From: Balanoglossus misakiensis
Taxonomy: Eukaryota > Animalia > Hemichordata
Reading direction: 5' to 3'
Assembly (NCBI GenBank): GCA_040954595.2
Contig: CM082576.2
Coordinates: forward strand, 14,573,129-14,637,128
DNA length: 64,000 bases
Below the pieces are notes generated by a model. That model made no database searches. It was given only the letters and a program-made list of their open reading frames with translations, and was not told the DNA's origin. Made by a program: the position numbers and the translations under genes. Shown in pieces: positions 47,421 to 61,400 of the stretch (positions within the stretch are counted from its first letter, which is position 1; each line of letters begins with the position of its first letter).

Positions 47421-48326
47421 CGTGTTATAAGAGACTTGCAGTTGATAAAGAACATTCCTAAGAACTTGGAAACCTACCAGTTAAAAGCAATTGTAGTATC
47501 TGAAAAAAGATATTTAGCAATAAAGGACAGAACTTTCCAAAAGTCAAAAAACAATATTTCCATATTTCCTGGTAAACTTTATCTTTCATAAATTCATAAT
47601 AAAACTTGAAAGAAAAACCCATAGAAAAACTTTTGACAAAAAGTGGCAAGAACTGCACCCATAATGCAATTTTTTCACCACAATTTTGCATATGATAGTG
47701 GGGACACGTGCACCTAGGACCCTGCAAACCACATTTCAAAGAAACCAGACAACCCATTTCTGAGAATTAATTTTTTTACCATAAAAGACAACAAAATCCT
47801 CAAAAACAATATTGCTTATTTTTGCTATCACGTAAACTTGAAATAGAACATCCCTGAATACTCAACACCAAATTATAAACAGCTGAGCAAGTGGTTATGG
47901 AGATAATTTTCACAAAAATTTAATTTCCAAAAATTCAAGATAATAGCACAAAGGGAACAAATACATATTAAGGTCCACCAAAGTTTGTACATAACCAATT
48001 TTCAAAGTAATTTGAGAAGAGGTTTTTGACCAATTTCAAAATTGGGTAACTCATTTACATATTTCAGTAGTGACAATTTCAATTTAACCCATATACAGTC
48101 CACATGTACTTTCATGTAAGATATCTCTCTGCCTAGTGTTCATTGAACTTGTTAAAAGGGGTTTCAAACAACTGAATAAATTTCAAATATTCACAATACA
48201 TTCTCTGCCTTGAAACTCAGAAATGCATTGTGGTGGTTAACCAATATGCATTGCTCAAAAAAACTGCCAGGACAATGTATTCAACATAAGACCACACACA
48301 CAAAATTATTTAACTTACATTCAAAG

Positions 48327-48332
48327 TTTATT
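48327..48332 (-). promoter_or_regulatory. Candidate VPS39 poly(A) signal (implies ~4 kb 3' UTR)
   Basis: AATAAA followed by ttttgtgtgtgtgg GU-rich element on the minus strand. Confidence 0.35.
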
Positions 48333-51300
48333 GTGCATGTTTTAAAAAAAAGAGATAATGTACATTCTATGAAATAATCTTTGTCTACTGTAATTATAGA
48401 CATCTCCAAGAGTCAGAAGAATAACAATTCCGTTTTTCTCATCCTGTTCTGCAAGCAAATTACCCACACGTCTGAGTACACTTCCTCCCATCTTTAGAAA
48501 ACTCCACCTCATATATGCGTCAGTCTGCATACAGAAAGCAAAACGCCTTTTCATGTAATGAATACTTCTAGTATTTCAACTCTCTACAGATTTCCTGCTG
48601 TTTCCCTACGACAAAATTATCCCAAATCTACGGGCGTCCCTATATATTTCAAGAAAGTGGACTTGAATAAGGGGATATAAGAGATTCAAAGCAAATATCG
48701 TATTTACACAGTGATCTAATTTGAGTTTATGTGGACAATTTGGACTTAAAATAAAAAGAAAAAAATATGACATTCTGTATGTTTTTTTCACCTTCACATA
48801 TTTTAAGGAATTACCTTGGTATAATGTATCATATTTACACCACATCATGCTATTTTCACATGTAATTGAAATGAAGGCTTTGTGCTACTATATAACGCTT
48901 TGGTGATGTAACTGTACATACACAACATGTAAAATCAACAAATGCTGCAATAAAATATTACTTTGGTCACCTATACTGTAAACAATTTAAATGCGAACAG
49001 AGCATTTGCTATAAACTTCTAGACCATTCTATAGTTTAAAGAGCATTTGGTAAGTTGCTTTCATAATATCTCCATGGCAAAGTCAGTATTCCCATTACAC
49101 CTGTAATCTGCATGTCAAATTAACTGAAACAAAAGTACAAAAGTTAGCAGCAGATTCATGTACATAATTGGCTGTATGAAAATGGCTCAAACAGATCATG
49201 CTTTTTGAAAAAACAGGCAATTATACTCATATGTCAACCGTAATACATAAATAGTAAAAAAAATGTAAAAACTAGTCACTGAAGTTAATAGTTCCATGTC
49301 TTAAATTATAACTCATTTGTTACCGGTAACTTTAAATGATTTTTTAAAACTTTTTGACCCTGTCTTAAATATTTCATAGAATAATCCTGATACATGTAAG
49401 GGTTTCTGTATTTCCATCACTAAATAATTGCAACAGTTTACTTGAAAGGTACATGTCTATAAATATAATATGGTGCGGCCTTGCTCAAATCTATTTTATT
49501 TGTTCTAAATCCCCAGTATACCAAATCGCTATCAAACTGCTCTAAAAGCCTTGCATTAGAAACAGATAATGATCCATAATGGTACGTATTAACCTGTCAA
49601 GAGAGTAATATTCTTGCAGACAGTGATGGCACAGTCAAACGAAGCTAAAGCTGAACTAAAAAGAGGGATCATTTGCTGAATATGGATTGTTACACAAATG
49701 GGACAAAATTTCATCATTAAAAATCTAAAATTGAACAATAGCTTGCACGAAACTTCATCGTAAACACATATAAACAATATTTCCAAATCAATCAGACAGA
49801 TGTATTTTGAAATATGTATTGAGGGAAAAGTTGGTGTAAACAGGTCCACTGAATAGATGCCTTGTGTGAAAAGTGCACAATCAAATAACTCTTAATTTAT
49901 GTCATTTTATATTTATATACCAGCAATATTCTACAGATATCATAGGTCTTGGATAAGATCAAGGGTGAAAATCATGTGACAAATCTGTATAACTCCAGTC
50001 AAGACTTTGTCAATAACTTGATGACACCAATCAAACACCCTCAATTATTTTTTCAAAAGGCCAAAAGTATTCCATCTTTAATTAGACTAATAATATTTCT
50101 ATAGCAAATGTATTCTATCTTGTGAAGTGGATCAGTTTCCAGACAGAACATTAAGTTTTAATACTTGGGTGCAAAACAGAGAATTGTTCTGAATAAAAAA
50201 ACATGTTGTACTCTATACCTATACCAAAGTTTCACTTCAGTTTAGGTTTGCTTCAGTACACTCAGGGCTTTGACTTACTACTGAAAGGACAAAATGGAGT
50301 GGAACTCATTTACTGCATTATATTTGTTGGCAATAAACGCCATTAAGAATGGCTTAAATTGGAAGGTTTTTTGATGGGTGTGCACACACAAGACTCCAAT
50401 AATCCCGGCCTTGCTGCAGCATTCAATACAAGGTCATTACTGTAGTAGAAAATACAATACAATAAACAAAGAAAACTCGCATCGTGATCATTCATTGGAT
50501 AATTTCAGCCTCTCCACAGAGACTATTCAGCAACTTGTACTTGGAAATGAGTGTGATCACACACAGATCATAGATCATGCACTGTAGGTCGGGACAAAAA
50601 TACAATGGCAAAAGAAACTGATCTCAATCACTTCTCAGAACGAATTCAGTTAATCACAGTTACAGGTATTTAAAAAGTTAGTTCTCAATTTTTGGTCTGA
50701 TTTTAAACCAAATTCTAATAGACATGCTCAAAGTTTATCTTTAACCTTGCAAGAATGGCAATGTTGAACCTCATTGTGAACTTGCATACCTGTAGCTGTG
50801 CAGTCACAACTTAACATGTTCATATTGGTAACGACAGAGAATATAAGGTGATGAAGTCCAAATTTAACAAACACCACATACAGAAAAAGTCCACAATACA
50901 TATTCATTAAACTGGGCATTAATACTATCTTGATGGCAGAGTGTTTTTGTAAATTGGTCTAGGAAAAAACAATTGAGCCAACTCCTGAAACTTGCATCAA
51001 AACGTACAGATGAGCGAGATTACTAAAATTAGCCTTGTAATGAACCCACAACATTCAAAGTTGATTTCAGTTTCACCTTTCCCTGAGAATACACCAAAGA
51101 CTTTTTTTAGAGTCAGTTTCAGATCATGCTTTGCAACATTCAGTATTGTTGTTCGGAGTTGACATATTTACCTAACTGCCTGCATCATGACACCCACAAC
51201 ACAGAATTCTTTTATTATTAACCACAGCATGTCATTACAATTACTCACTAAACATTGACATTGCGCAGGAATTCCGATGGATGACTATTCTGTGCACAAA

Positions 51301-52289
51301 ACTAAAGTACACTAATAAATGAAAGGCTGACAACTGTAATTTGCAAAGGTGCAGGGCACGTCTGAGGTCACTATCAGATCATATATATTTGTATTCTGAG
51401 AGTTATGGTTTTATTCTAGTGATATTTGTTGAGTGTAAGTAAAATATTTCACTTATTTTAAAGTTAAGTCAGGTGACCATTTCAAGAATTACATTTTAAA
51501 CTGGGTTTACACCTTTGACGCCAATTGCTCTACTGCAGAAGCTTTACAAATGAAGAATTTAGAGCATATATTATTGAAACATTAAAAGGGTAAAGGAAGT
51601 GATTAACTCCACGAGCTGCATGATGGGAAACTTAATACAAGATACTGAACGCTTTATCACTGCCACATAAATACCAGTACACCCCATTCTTTAGTGTCAC
51701 TGGAACATTTTGGGAATCAGATATTTTTTTAATTTCAACAAATATACTTATGAGAAGTTTCCAAAAGGCTGTAAAGAGACACACGTCTTTATCAGAAGCA
51801 GTGTGTTGGTCAGGAAAAAATGTGAGTTCTCCAATGATTTGATTACGTAAGACATAGATCTCACTCAGGATATAATAGTCATCAATCAGGAAGGAAACAG
51901 TTGTGCTGTATGTATCCTATTGAATAAAGATTACATGGACACAATCATCATCATTGGAGATTATTTTAAACAACCAGAAGATGGCATGATATAAACTATT
52001 ACTTGTACAGCTAGCTAGTGGCATTTGTAATGTTATCATTCAAGTGAAATACACACTCTTGCTTGGCAGTCTAGGGCAGTCTAGAAAGATGCGATTATGG
52101 ACGATGGATTATGCATAGTTTGAGACATGTACAGAGGGTGCACTTAAACTTTGATATTTTTTGCCAGAGAGATAAAACCGCTAACCAAAATAATTACAAG
52201 TACTGACATGGGCCACTTAATGGGGAATCAGTTCCAAAAATATTCAGTCACTTCGAAAGAGATGAGGATAGAAATGAATGGTGTTCCTG

Positions 52290-52463
52290 TCAGACGTCCA
52301 CAGGACACACATTTCTGTCTTTACAACAGTAATAGTGAACTACGACACCGTTTGGGTAACGGGCAAATGCACTGTTTCCTATTTTCTTCTTACACACTCC
52401 GCACATCTTTTCGTCTGAAATGATACACTTGCTACTCTGGTAATAGATCCTCTGTTCCTGGAC
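52290..52463 (-). CDS. VPS39: VPS39 terminal exon (zinc finger, TGA)
   Basis: VQEQRIYYQ...CGVCKKKIGNSAFARYPNGVVVHYYC...CPVDV*. Confidence 0.95.
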   Translation of the reverse strand, partial: VQEQRIYYQSSKCIISDEKMCGVCKKKIGNSAFARYPNGVVVHYYCCKDRNVCPVDV

Positions 52464-55400
52464 CTGCAAAAGATTGACAAAGACATCCACCTATGAGATA
52501 TAGCACTTTAAAGGGACAAAGTCTCCCTCTCGCTGCCCTTTTTCCATTAATTTTGTTTGATACAAGACACTGTTTATGATGTACATGTGTATATGTAGTG
52601 TATGAACGTTCAACCCCACACAACTTCCATCCTGCTTGTATGATATGAGAGGAAAAACTCGCCCAAAATGTATAAATGGTAGTTGGACCTCTAAGAGGGA
52701 ACTGGGAGTGAAAGGGTTAATATTGGTATTTTCCCAGGCAAGGAGAAAGACTAGCAATGTCACTTCTGTGTGTATCATAATTTTCTTCCATTTCATCTAT
52801 CTCATTAATCCAACCACTCAAATTTTGAAACAATAAGCATGCCTGGCCCTGCAAACAGCTGTTAATTGAAATACCAGATAATTATTTTTTTCGGTCTGGC
52901 AAGCAGTATAGCAAACATAAGTCACAAGACATGCTTCCCAGTAACTTTGAAGTATTTGCCAATGGACATTGCCTCTGCAAACTACAAACAGGCCAAATCA
53001 AAGTTTGTACAAAGTTCAAAGCATGTGAGCAAATAGACAAGTATTCCGGTACAATAGCATAGCCATGTCACATCAAGACAAAGTAATCAACATTTTTTTT
53101 TTCAGCTGGATTCCGTTCAAATTGAATGTCTCTGTGGCATGGTTATTTTCCTTACACATGACTTCTATCAGGACATTCTGAAACCCAATCTACCGTTAAA
53201 CTCCCCAATTTATATATCTTGCTTGTATCTCTCATTTACTCCACAGGACTCTATGTTTAGAACACTAACGAGATGTGCCTGCTATTTTCATGTATGGACT
53301 TCGAGGAGCCAAGATACCCAACTAGACAGGATAAGTAGTTTTGATATCACGGATGCTGTCAGTCACTTCACAAAACCACCAGCTTGGATAAGAGAAAGCG
53401 CGAGCACACCCTCCCACTACATTGCAGTCTGTATTTCAAGTACATGTGAATATGTAGTATTACTTTGTGATGTATAATAACATATTTTCCATTGAAACTA
53501 TGTATGTTATATTGCAACAGCATTAACCTTTGATGATATTACAATTAATTGACAGCTGATATTTAATGTAAATTCATTCAATAATTTTTAAGAAGTATTA
53601 AAATGAAAAATATGATGAAAATTATGCTTTCACTCTACTATTGATTAGGCAAATATATAATTGTGACGGAGCATGGCTGACATAAAGAGACTGTCACAGT
53701 GTAACTTGTTTTTGACATGCTATTCTTCCTTTGCTAGTATATGTACATGATACCTATAAAACGTAAATGACATAATCTCTGGTATGTACCATAAATGAAT
53801 TTCACTGAAATATTCAGATGTTACATCTAAACACAGGCTGGGGAGCAGTTTAACATGTTTTTGGATTATTAAACACAGATCACCATAAATAACAGGTCAC
53901 ATGAAAACAGAAATGTTGTCAATAGAGAATGGTTTTGTCCCTTTAATTTTTTCATTGTTGTCAAAGAAACAATCAGAGGAAACAACATATAGTTCATTTC
54001 CTTTTGGTGTCAATGTCCAAAGTCACAATGAGTAAGGAAAGAGACCGATCACATCCCAACTGTTTACAACTATTTTAGACTAGACAACAGAACTAGTTCT
54101 ACAGATTGTATTACGATATCACTATTAATACGGTAAATCAGCACATAGCAATGAATGCAAATACAGTCATCACTTAATTTGTTATGTTATCCTGATATTT
54201 CCTTTTCAACGAATAAATATGGATAGAGGTTATATTAAATTGAATTCAATTAAACATTTTTATATTTAGTAACAGTGTATTGCCAAATGAAAACAGAATC
54301 TATTTTGAGGGTCTGCGTCTGTGTCAATGTTCCATTTACATGAATTTCTTGCATAAGGATGAATGCCACACTATAGTCACTTCAGATATATACAACATGC
54401 AATTCCTTATAAACCAGTTATTTTCTAAAATGTGTTGAAGCTTTATTATGTGGGTGTCTTCCTACAAGTTTGAAGTATGGAGGCCAACATTGGAACAAGA
54501 AGACTGGAAGGAAAGGGTGACCTGAATTGCAACAAATTCGATGACATGTAAATCCCTTACCTGTAAATGCTCTGAATAAAGAAGACTTTTAAGAATTTGA
54601 TTGTTGTGTTTCTTTGTAGTTCTGTCTTCCAGGACACATTCTAAGAATTTACACACTTTTCTGACTTGAGTGCTGGGTGGCAGCAGATCTAGAGCCTGAA
54701 AGAAGATGGAAAGAGAAATTGTAAAATGTCAAGATTTTGAGTCATAAATGACAGAAAATTAGTTTATTTGATAGATATCAGTTATGCGGGGAACAGCCAA
54801 TCACCAGTCAGAGTACCCATCCACAAGTTGCTGAGCTCATGTACATGATGGAAATCAATGTAAGGAGAGAGTTATATCAACGATAAATCATGTGACTGGA
54901 AACCCTTGATCCCCCAAATGCATGATTTGCATGGAGGTTTACACAATCCAGTATTTCTATATGCACCATGAAACCACCAGTAACCAAGGCAACCAATGGT
55001 GACTGGCCGGCTTAGTAAGTGCAAGAAAGACATTACATAATAAATATCTGATATAATACATTGGGAAATCAACGCTTCATTTCAAGAGAGTTTCTCATAA
55101 TGACATGCCCAGACATAGTGGTACTACCCTGGCAGTATTTAGACCCACTGGAAATTGGTCGTCTTTATGCAATGATGATGTGGAGAGCATGACATCTTGC
55201 AAATATGTGCAAAGAATGAAGACTTCTTACTGATGTCAGCTTTAGCTACCGTCTGACAAGATCCATGGATATAGACTCAGTAGCCATAGATACAGACTCG
55301 GTAGCCATGGATACAGACTCAGTAACCATGGAACAATCAGTAACCATGGTGTAACCGAGCGGAAATTCCATGCTTCCTTTTTTTATCTCAACAAAAGTGA

Positions 55401-58400
55401 ATTAAGGTTATGGTACAATAACATGACAAGAATTAATGGAATCATATTTTCCTTTATCTGAAAATGCATTCTTTGAAAAGAAGCAGTTGGGGTTAATGCA
55501 ATTGACAGTGCTATACCTGTCCAAGTATCAACAAAGAGACATATTCTGTATTTTTGATTGAGTTCAAGGGGGGTCAGTTACATCATTTTTCTTTGTTAGA
55601 ATTTTCCTTGATTCACAAGTGATGTGTATGCATGTATACACTAATTTTTGAAGAGAAACATGAGAAAAAATATGTAATCATCACAAACGTTTCACCGGGA
55701 ATCACAGATAGACTATTGTCCCCTATACATGCTAAACAGGTTGGTAGAAATGCCAGGAAGAGCCATTCCCACTGTCAAGGCAACTTGTTCAAGTTCAAAA
55801 CTATCTGCTCTTTTATGAAGTAATGACCGAAGGCATCACCAGGACACACTCATTCAATAGAGACAAAATCCAATACCATCAAATGTTGAAAATATTTGTG
55901 CATTGCAAAATGGTACATACAGATTGTAACTTAATTTACAGCCAGCTAGATATAGATTGATGAACAGATATAAACTACCGACAACCCTAAAATGAGTAGG
56001 AAAGCAAACACTACTAGGGATGATTTGTGTGCACTGTGTAATGATGAGAAGCTCAACTTCTTCATAGAATATCATTAAACCTGTTTCATCTCCATCTACT
56101 GGCCTGTCATGTTGTAACATGTCAACCTAATACAAGTACATGGTGGAGTGACCATGCCTAACAGCATAGCAGCATAGTTTGTGAGTTTAATTGACACAAA
56201 AATCTGTCCTTGCATTTGGCAGTCTGTGCAAGGTCAAAGGTCAAACAAGACAAGGGCACTGTAACAGCCACAGGTTTATCTTGCATTACTCTCCCATCAT
56301 CCCATTATTTTTGTGTATTTTCACAGTTTTCTACTATTCTAGGGTTCAAAGGTTACATTCAAATCAAACATGCCTGGATTTGATAAATTTAGGCCTAGAA
56401 ACAACGTGGATCAACATCACACTGCATTGCATTGAGGATTACATTTTCACAAAAAATACATCAGATATAATGGTAACACGATTTCAGTACATGTACTCTT
56501 CAAATGAAGGTTGTCTGCAATGCATATCCTTATGTTTTGCAATCAAATATTGATGTCCTCTGAACTGTCATTTAGAGATACATGCAGCTGACACATCTGT
56601 CTTCTATAGTTAGAAACAGACGCAGCATTCAAATTGTGATGTAATTTGCGGCCAACACAACCCTTGCAATGCAAATTATCACAAAAATATTTGGAAATTA
56701 AGACACACTGCATTAATGTCAGTCTTGCCTTTTGTGCTGATGCTTTGCAATCATCAAATTTTAGACTGGTTTTGTTTCCATAAAAGCTTTGAATTCATGT
56801 ACCTTGAAATTACCTACATAAAACATTTTACATCTATGATGTATTGTATTTAAATGCCACATTTGGTGTGTACGTAAGGTAAACTTTAATAAATATATAT
56901 ATAAAAATAAACCCAGATGTAGTGTGTATACCATCACATTAACTGCAATATTCCCGTTTTAAACTGATCAATTCAAATCAACACAGCCTGGGGTACAACA
57001 CGTAACTAGATAATGACCCAAACACTTACCTTAGCTGTGTCTATTTTATTAAAATGCTGTTCCAAAACAGCCAGGGCAGCTTCATGGTTAGGTTTGGGGG
57101 ATTCTGCATTGATCATGACGCCAAGTGTGGAGGCATCCGGGGGATTGATGTACATTCTTAGAAGACACAGATACACCTGTGAAATGTGATTGTTAAAAAC
57201 AAAGTGTCAGAATTTATCCCCCCTGTGGGAAAGTTTAAATGCACACCTAAATGTTTTCACAATGGACTCTCCAACAGTCAAGACATTTCAGAATCCAATT
57301 TCAATTCTTATATCCTTTGAAATTTGAACAAATTAAAATTATCACAGCCCTGGGATTAATTTTTTCTCACAAAATCATCTCACTATCATCAGTAATTACT
57401 GTTTATATACAAAAACTATTGACTTTGTTCATTTTTCTGTTAAGGCTATAGTATCTCACATGAATGTTTACAGTATCTTTTCCCTCCAATTTAAAACGCA
57501 GCCTTGGCCAAGGCACTTGTTTTGCAGTCTTGTATTTCTGTTTTCGTGGCAGGAATATGTCAGATTATACAGGTTTCACAACAGCAGATCAAATATCCAC
57601 GGGCAACTAAAAGTATACTTGTCAAAAGAATGTTCAGATACCAAAATAAGGAAGGCTCACTCTGAAAATAATACTGATCCAATCCTTATTGAACTTAATG
57701 TCCACTGGGATTCTTACATGTAAACCAAACAGGTATGCTTAAAATGTCAAAACAACATTTATTCTAGACCAGTACAACACCCAAATTGAACCCAAATGAC
57801 AAACTGTAAAACACTTTATTTTCGCGAGCTGAAATTTTCGCAATATCGAGAGAGGCCACTGTTTCGCGAGTATTAATTTTCGCGTTCTCTTATTTCATTC
57901 ACTGCATCGTTATCTTCAAAAACAATTTACGCGACTTTTTATTTTCACGCTATTTTGGCTCTCGCATATTTCGCGAAAATTTATTGCTCGCGAAAATAAA
58001 GTGTTTTACAGTATGTTCTATGCCAAGAAATTTATTTCAGATTTCTTACTCTTACATTTTTATTGCCTTCTTTTTTTGGGTCGTAAGTTTTCAGACAATA
58101 CTCTTCGGCCATTTTGGTGTTTCTCAATATGTGGGCATAGATGGCCAGCGCTTGCTCATGACGACCGAGTCGACCCAGAAGAAGAGCCCTCTCTTCAAAG
58201 AACGCTGAAAGCACAGGGAGAAAAAAAAGAGTCAAGTTTGTTTTGATGTGGTGTGTACAGATGGTCACAAAAAAGTCACAAACAAAGGGATATATTACAG
58301 AAACCATCAATGCCACAAACCTAAGTGTATACGTGGATCATTACAAAGTTTATATCACATGGGTGACAATGATATGCTCCTCGGACGCCTGACTCGAGCT

Positions 58401-61400
58401 ATAATCTAAAATTACAGTTGTCACATGGCATGGGTGTGGATACCTCGCACTCAGTAGACTGACGCAAATCTCACACCCACCACGCACAAGTCTCCAATTA
58501 CCCACATAATTTCTATACACCAAAACTTTTCACTGACTCGGGTGGGCAAATTCCGATTCACAGCAGAGTACTGCTGATTGAGGAATTTCATTATCACATG
58601 AGTCGTCTGAAATATGAATTCAAATCATATTTGTGTTGACTTCATTGGCTGCCTCAGACATGGTGTTACTAAGATACTCGGGATATAATCTGCACATGTC
58701 CTATTTATTTGTGTGACGTGAATTCTTTGGCAACAATTTGATGACCTGTACACCTATGATAATATAATTTTATTGGCAATAAAATATTTACCAGATGAGG
58801 TTATCTGTGAATGCACAAATATAGCCAGTACATAAGATCCATGGAGTATGGTAATTAATATTGTACTTAAATTTATACTTCATGACTTCTGTTAATATTT
58901 CAAAATTAAAGTTCAAATGGTTTATTGTTAGGTTAGTTTATTAAAGCTTAACTGATGAAACATGGACAAAATTCAGCATGAAAGAAGCAATGCTAATGAT
59001 ATAGAACCTTCAAAAACATGCAGGGGTCACATTGAGGTCAAATCAGGCCTGCAGGACGTGTGCAAAGACATAAAATTGTGACACAATAAACTTTATCACA
59101 TGCTTTTGAATACCTTGTATGATCACGCATATAATACCGGCAGTGAATCTTTGCAAAGAATAATTTGCAGTATTTTTTAATGTAATATGCAAAATTTGGC
59201 AGAAATTAGGAGAAACAAACATGACAATATGGTATATTTCCTATGTGCCACACAAAGTATGTCTCCTTTCTATAACCAAAAGATAAATTTTTGAAACAAG
59301 GTCTTAGCCAGAATTGAGAGCCCCACGCACTGGAAGAATACTTTGCGTGGTAAGAAAGTCATTTTCACTCATGATCTCAATTAATCCACTGTAATTTCAC
59401 TTGATGCACTGTTTAAAGTAATGTGGCAGAGTTATCATATACAATATACTGCAATCTTAATTGAAGATAAATCACAGAATATGTTAATTATAATTAAATC
59501 TGTTCCCTTACTTATCACACCACAAGCTCTGAAGTAGCTACCGCATTTTAAAAATAGAATGTATAAAGTGTTACTCACAATCAAATGGGAAGTATGTAAG
59601 CAATCTTTCCGGAACATAATGTTGTGAGACCTCCAGGAAATATAAAAGTTTGCTTCGAAGCTCTCCAAGCTCCCCTGGTTCCTTCCCAGTCTTTGCTGGA
59701 TCCTGACCTGCAGAAAAATAATAAAATCAGCAATAAATACACACCGCTCTCTGAAATAGAAACTTATAAACTTTTCAGGGTTCTCCAAGGAAAACTTTGT
59801 CTATTTCTGAATTCTACAGACTATCTTTACTGCCATGCCAATGTGCATCATCCTGAAGTAACTTGTAGAGTGAAAATGTGCACAAGCACCTCTGTACATG
59901 TACATCTTTTTTATATCATATAAATTTTGCATTCAAGTATTTTTTGAAAAGCAAAGTCCTAGATATGCCTGGTTTCCAAAGATAATCACTGAAGAATAGA
60001 ATTTTATTACACAAATTTATGCATTTTCTGCAAACAAACAAAATGTATATATTCTGTTAAAAACACATTATATTAATTCCAAAATACATTTTTCATCCCC
60101 CATTAACTCTCAGAGTTTACAATTCACAGACATCAAAAAACATACTTGGTGTGTTGCAATGAAACTGCCAGGCAGTTGTAAAGGATCAGTTTTTAAGTCA
60201 TAAGTGACATTACTATTCAGAGAAAGTGTTGCTATGGTGACGGATAGCCTATATTGCTATGGCAACTCAAGTAGTTATATTGAAACCAATACAGCATGAA
60301 GTGGTTTGAGATGACTCATTAACTTCAACGCTGCTGTGACTTATATCCTGGCCATACAGACAAAAACTGCAGTATTTCTGTGTATAAGAGAGATAGCCGA
60401 GACAAATCAATATCTAGCCTGAAATGGGAAGATTCACACACAGGCTTACAGTTACAAACCCGTCATATTTGAATAGACTGTCTGGACAGGTGTGTTTTCA
60501 TTGAAAATCAATCACACAAGAGCAAACACACCTGCTCACACTAATGTCTAGAAAATCTATAAAATGATGAAGTACAACGGCAAAATAAATTGAGAGTACA
60601 GACGGGCCTGTTAGCATAACTTTGACATTGTTTGGGATTACTCATACATCCTTTCTAAATAGCTTCATATTGCTTCACTCTAAACTGTTTCCATCTCTGC
60701 CAGGGTTCCTTGAGTTTTTAAGAGCCAGTGGGTATTTGTTCAATATAAATATTTATAATTGCATTTCTCAATATAATCCCTTTCAATATCAAACACACAG
60801 GAATGACACATGTTTGAAAAACATGTCCTTGCCATACAATTAACATTATGGTGTCATATAGGTGATTTACCAATTATTTCTTGATAAAGTAAAATCATGC
60901 AATGTCACTATCAAAAGATAGTGTTGAAAAATTGTACAACACAAGGTCTTTCAGGTTTCACTGAAGTCACATGATTGGAGTCCTGGCTGCAATTCTTGAC
61001 CCTATTACATGTAGTTGACCTGTGACCTGTAGAAAGGTCACTGGGTCAAGAAAAGCCACACCCGAGGCTGAAGTTTCATGCCTCATTTGAATGGCTACGC
61101 AATCAAGATTTGATAATTATAAAATAAGTCATTGTCAATGACCTAGTCCCCACTGGTCATGGATTAAGAAAACCATGGAGGAAGTCATGATGGATTTATC
61201 AGTGAATGCACACACAATTTCAGCTCTGACAATATTTCTAAATGAGAACTTGCCTGTTAGAACGATACCCAGTTGAAACTCGCTTGAGAAAAAGCTGCAG
61301 TCATGAAAAAACACAACAAAATGGCCACCAGATGGAAATATCGGATTGTAGGATGACACAAATTGACATGCATATGCTAATGCCAAGTTTGAACAGAATC

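Noticed and set aside
55263-55349. Possible CRISPR-like array
   Set aside because: Contiguous tandem units with no unique spacers in a eukaryotic intron; this is a minisatellite
58350-58720. Degraded relative of the 44.3-kb element (TATCACATG motifs)
   Set aside because: Hairpin and IR could not be reconstructed by eye
60622-60760. LEFLRASGYLFNI resembling a LINE ORF2 C-terminus
   Set aside because: Too short, with no RT motifs, poly(A) tail or TSD
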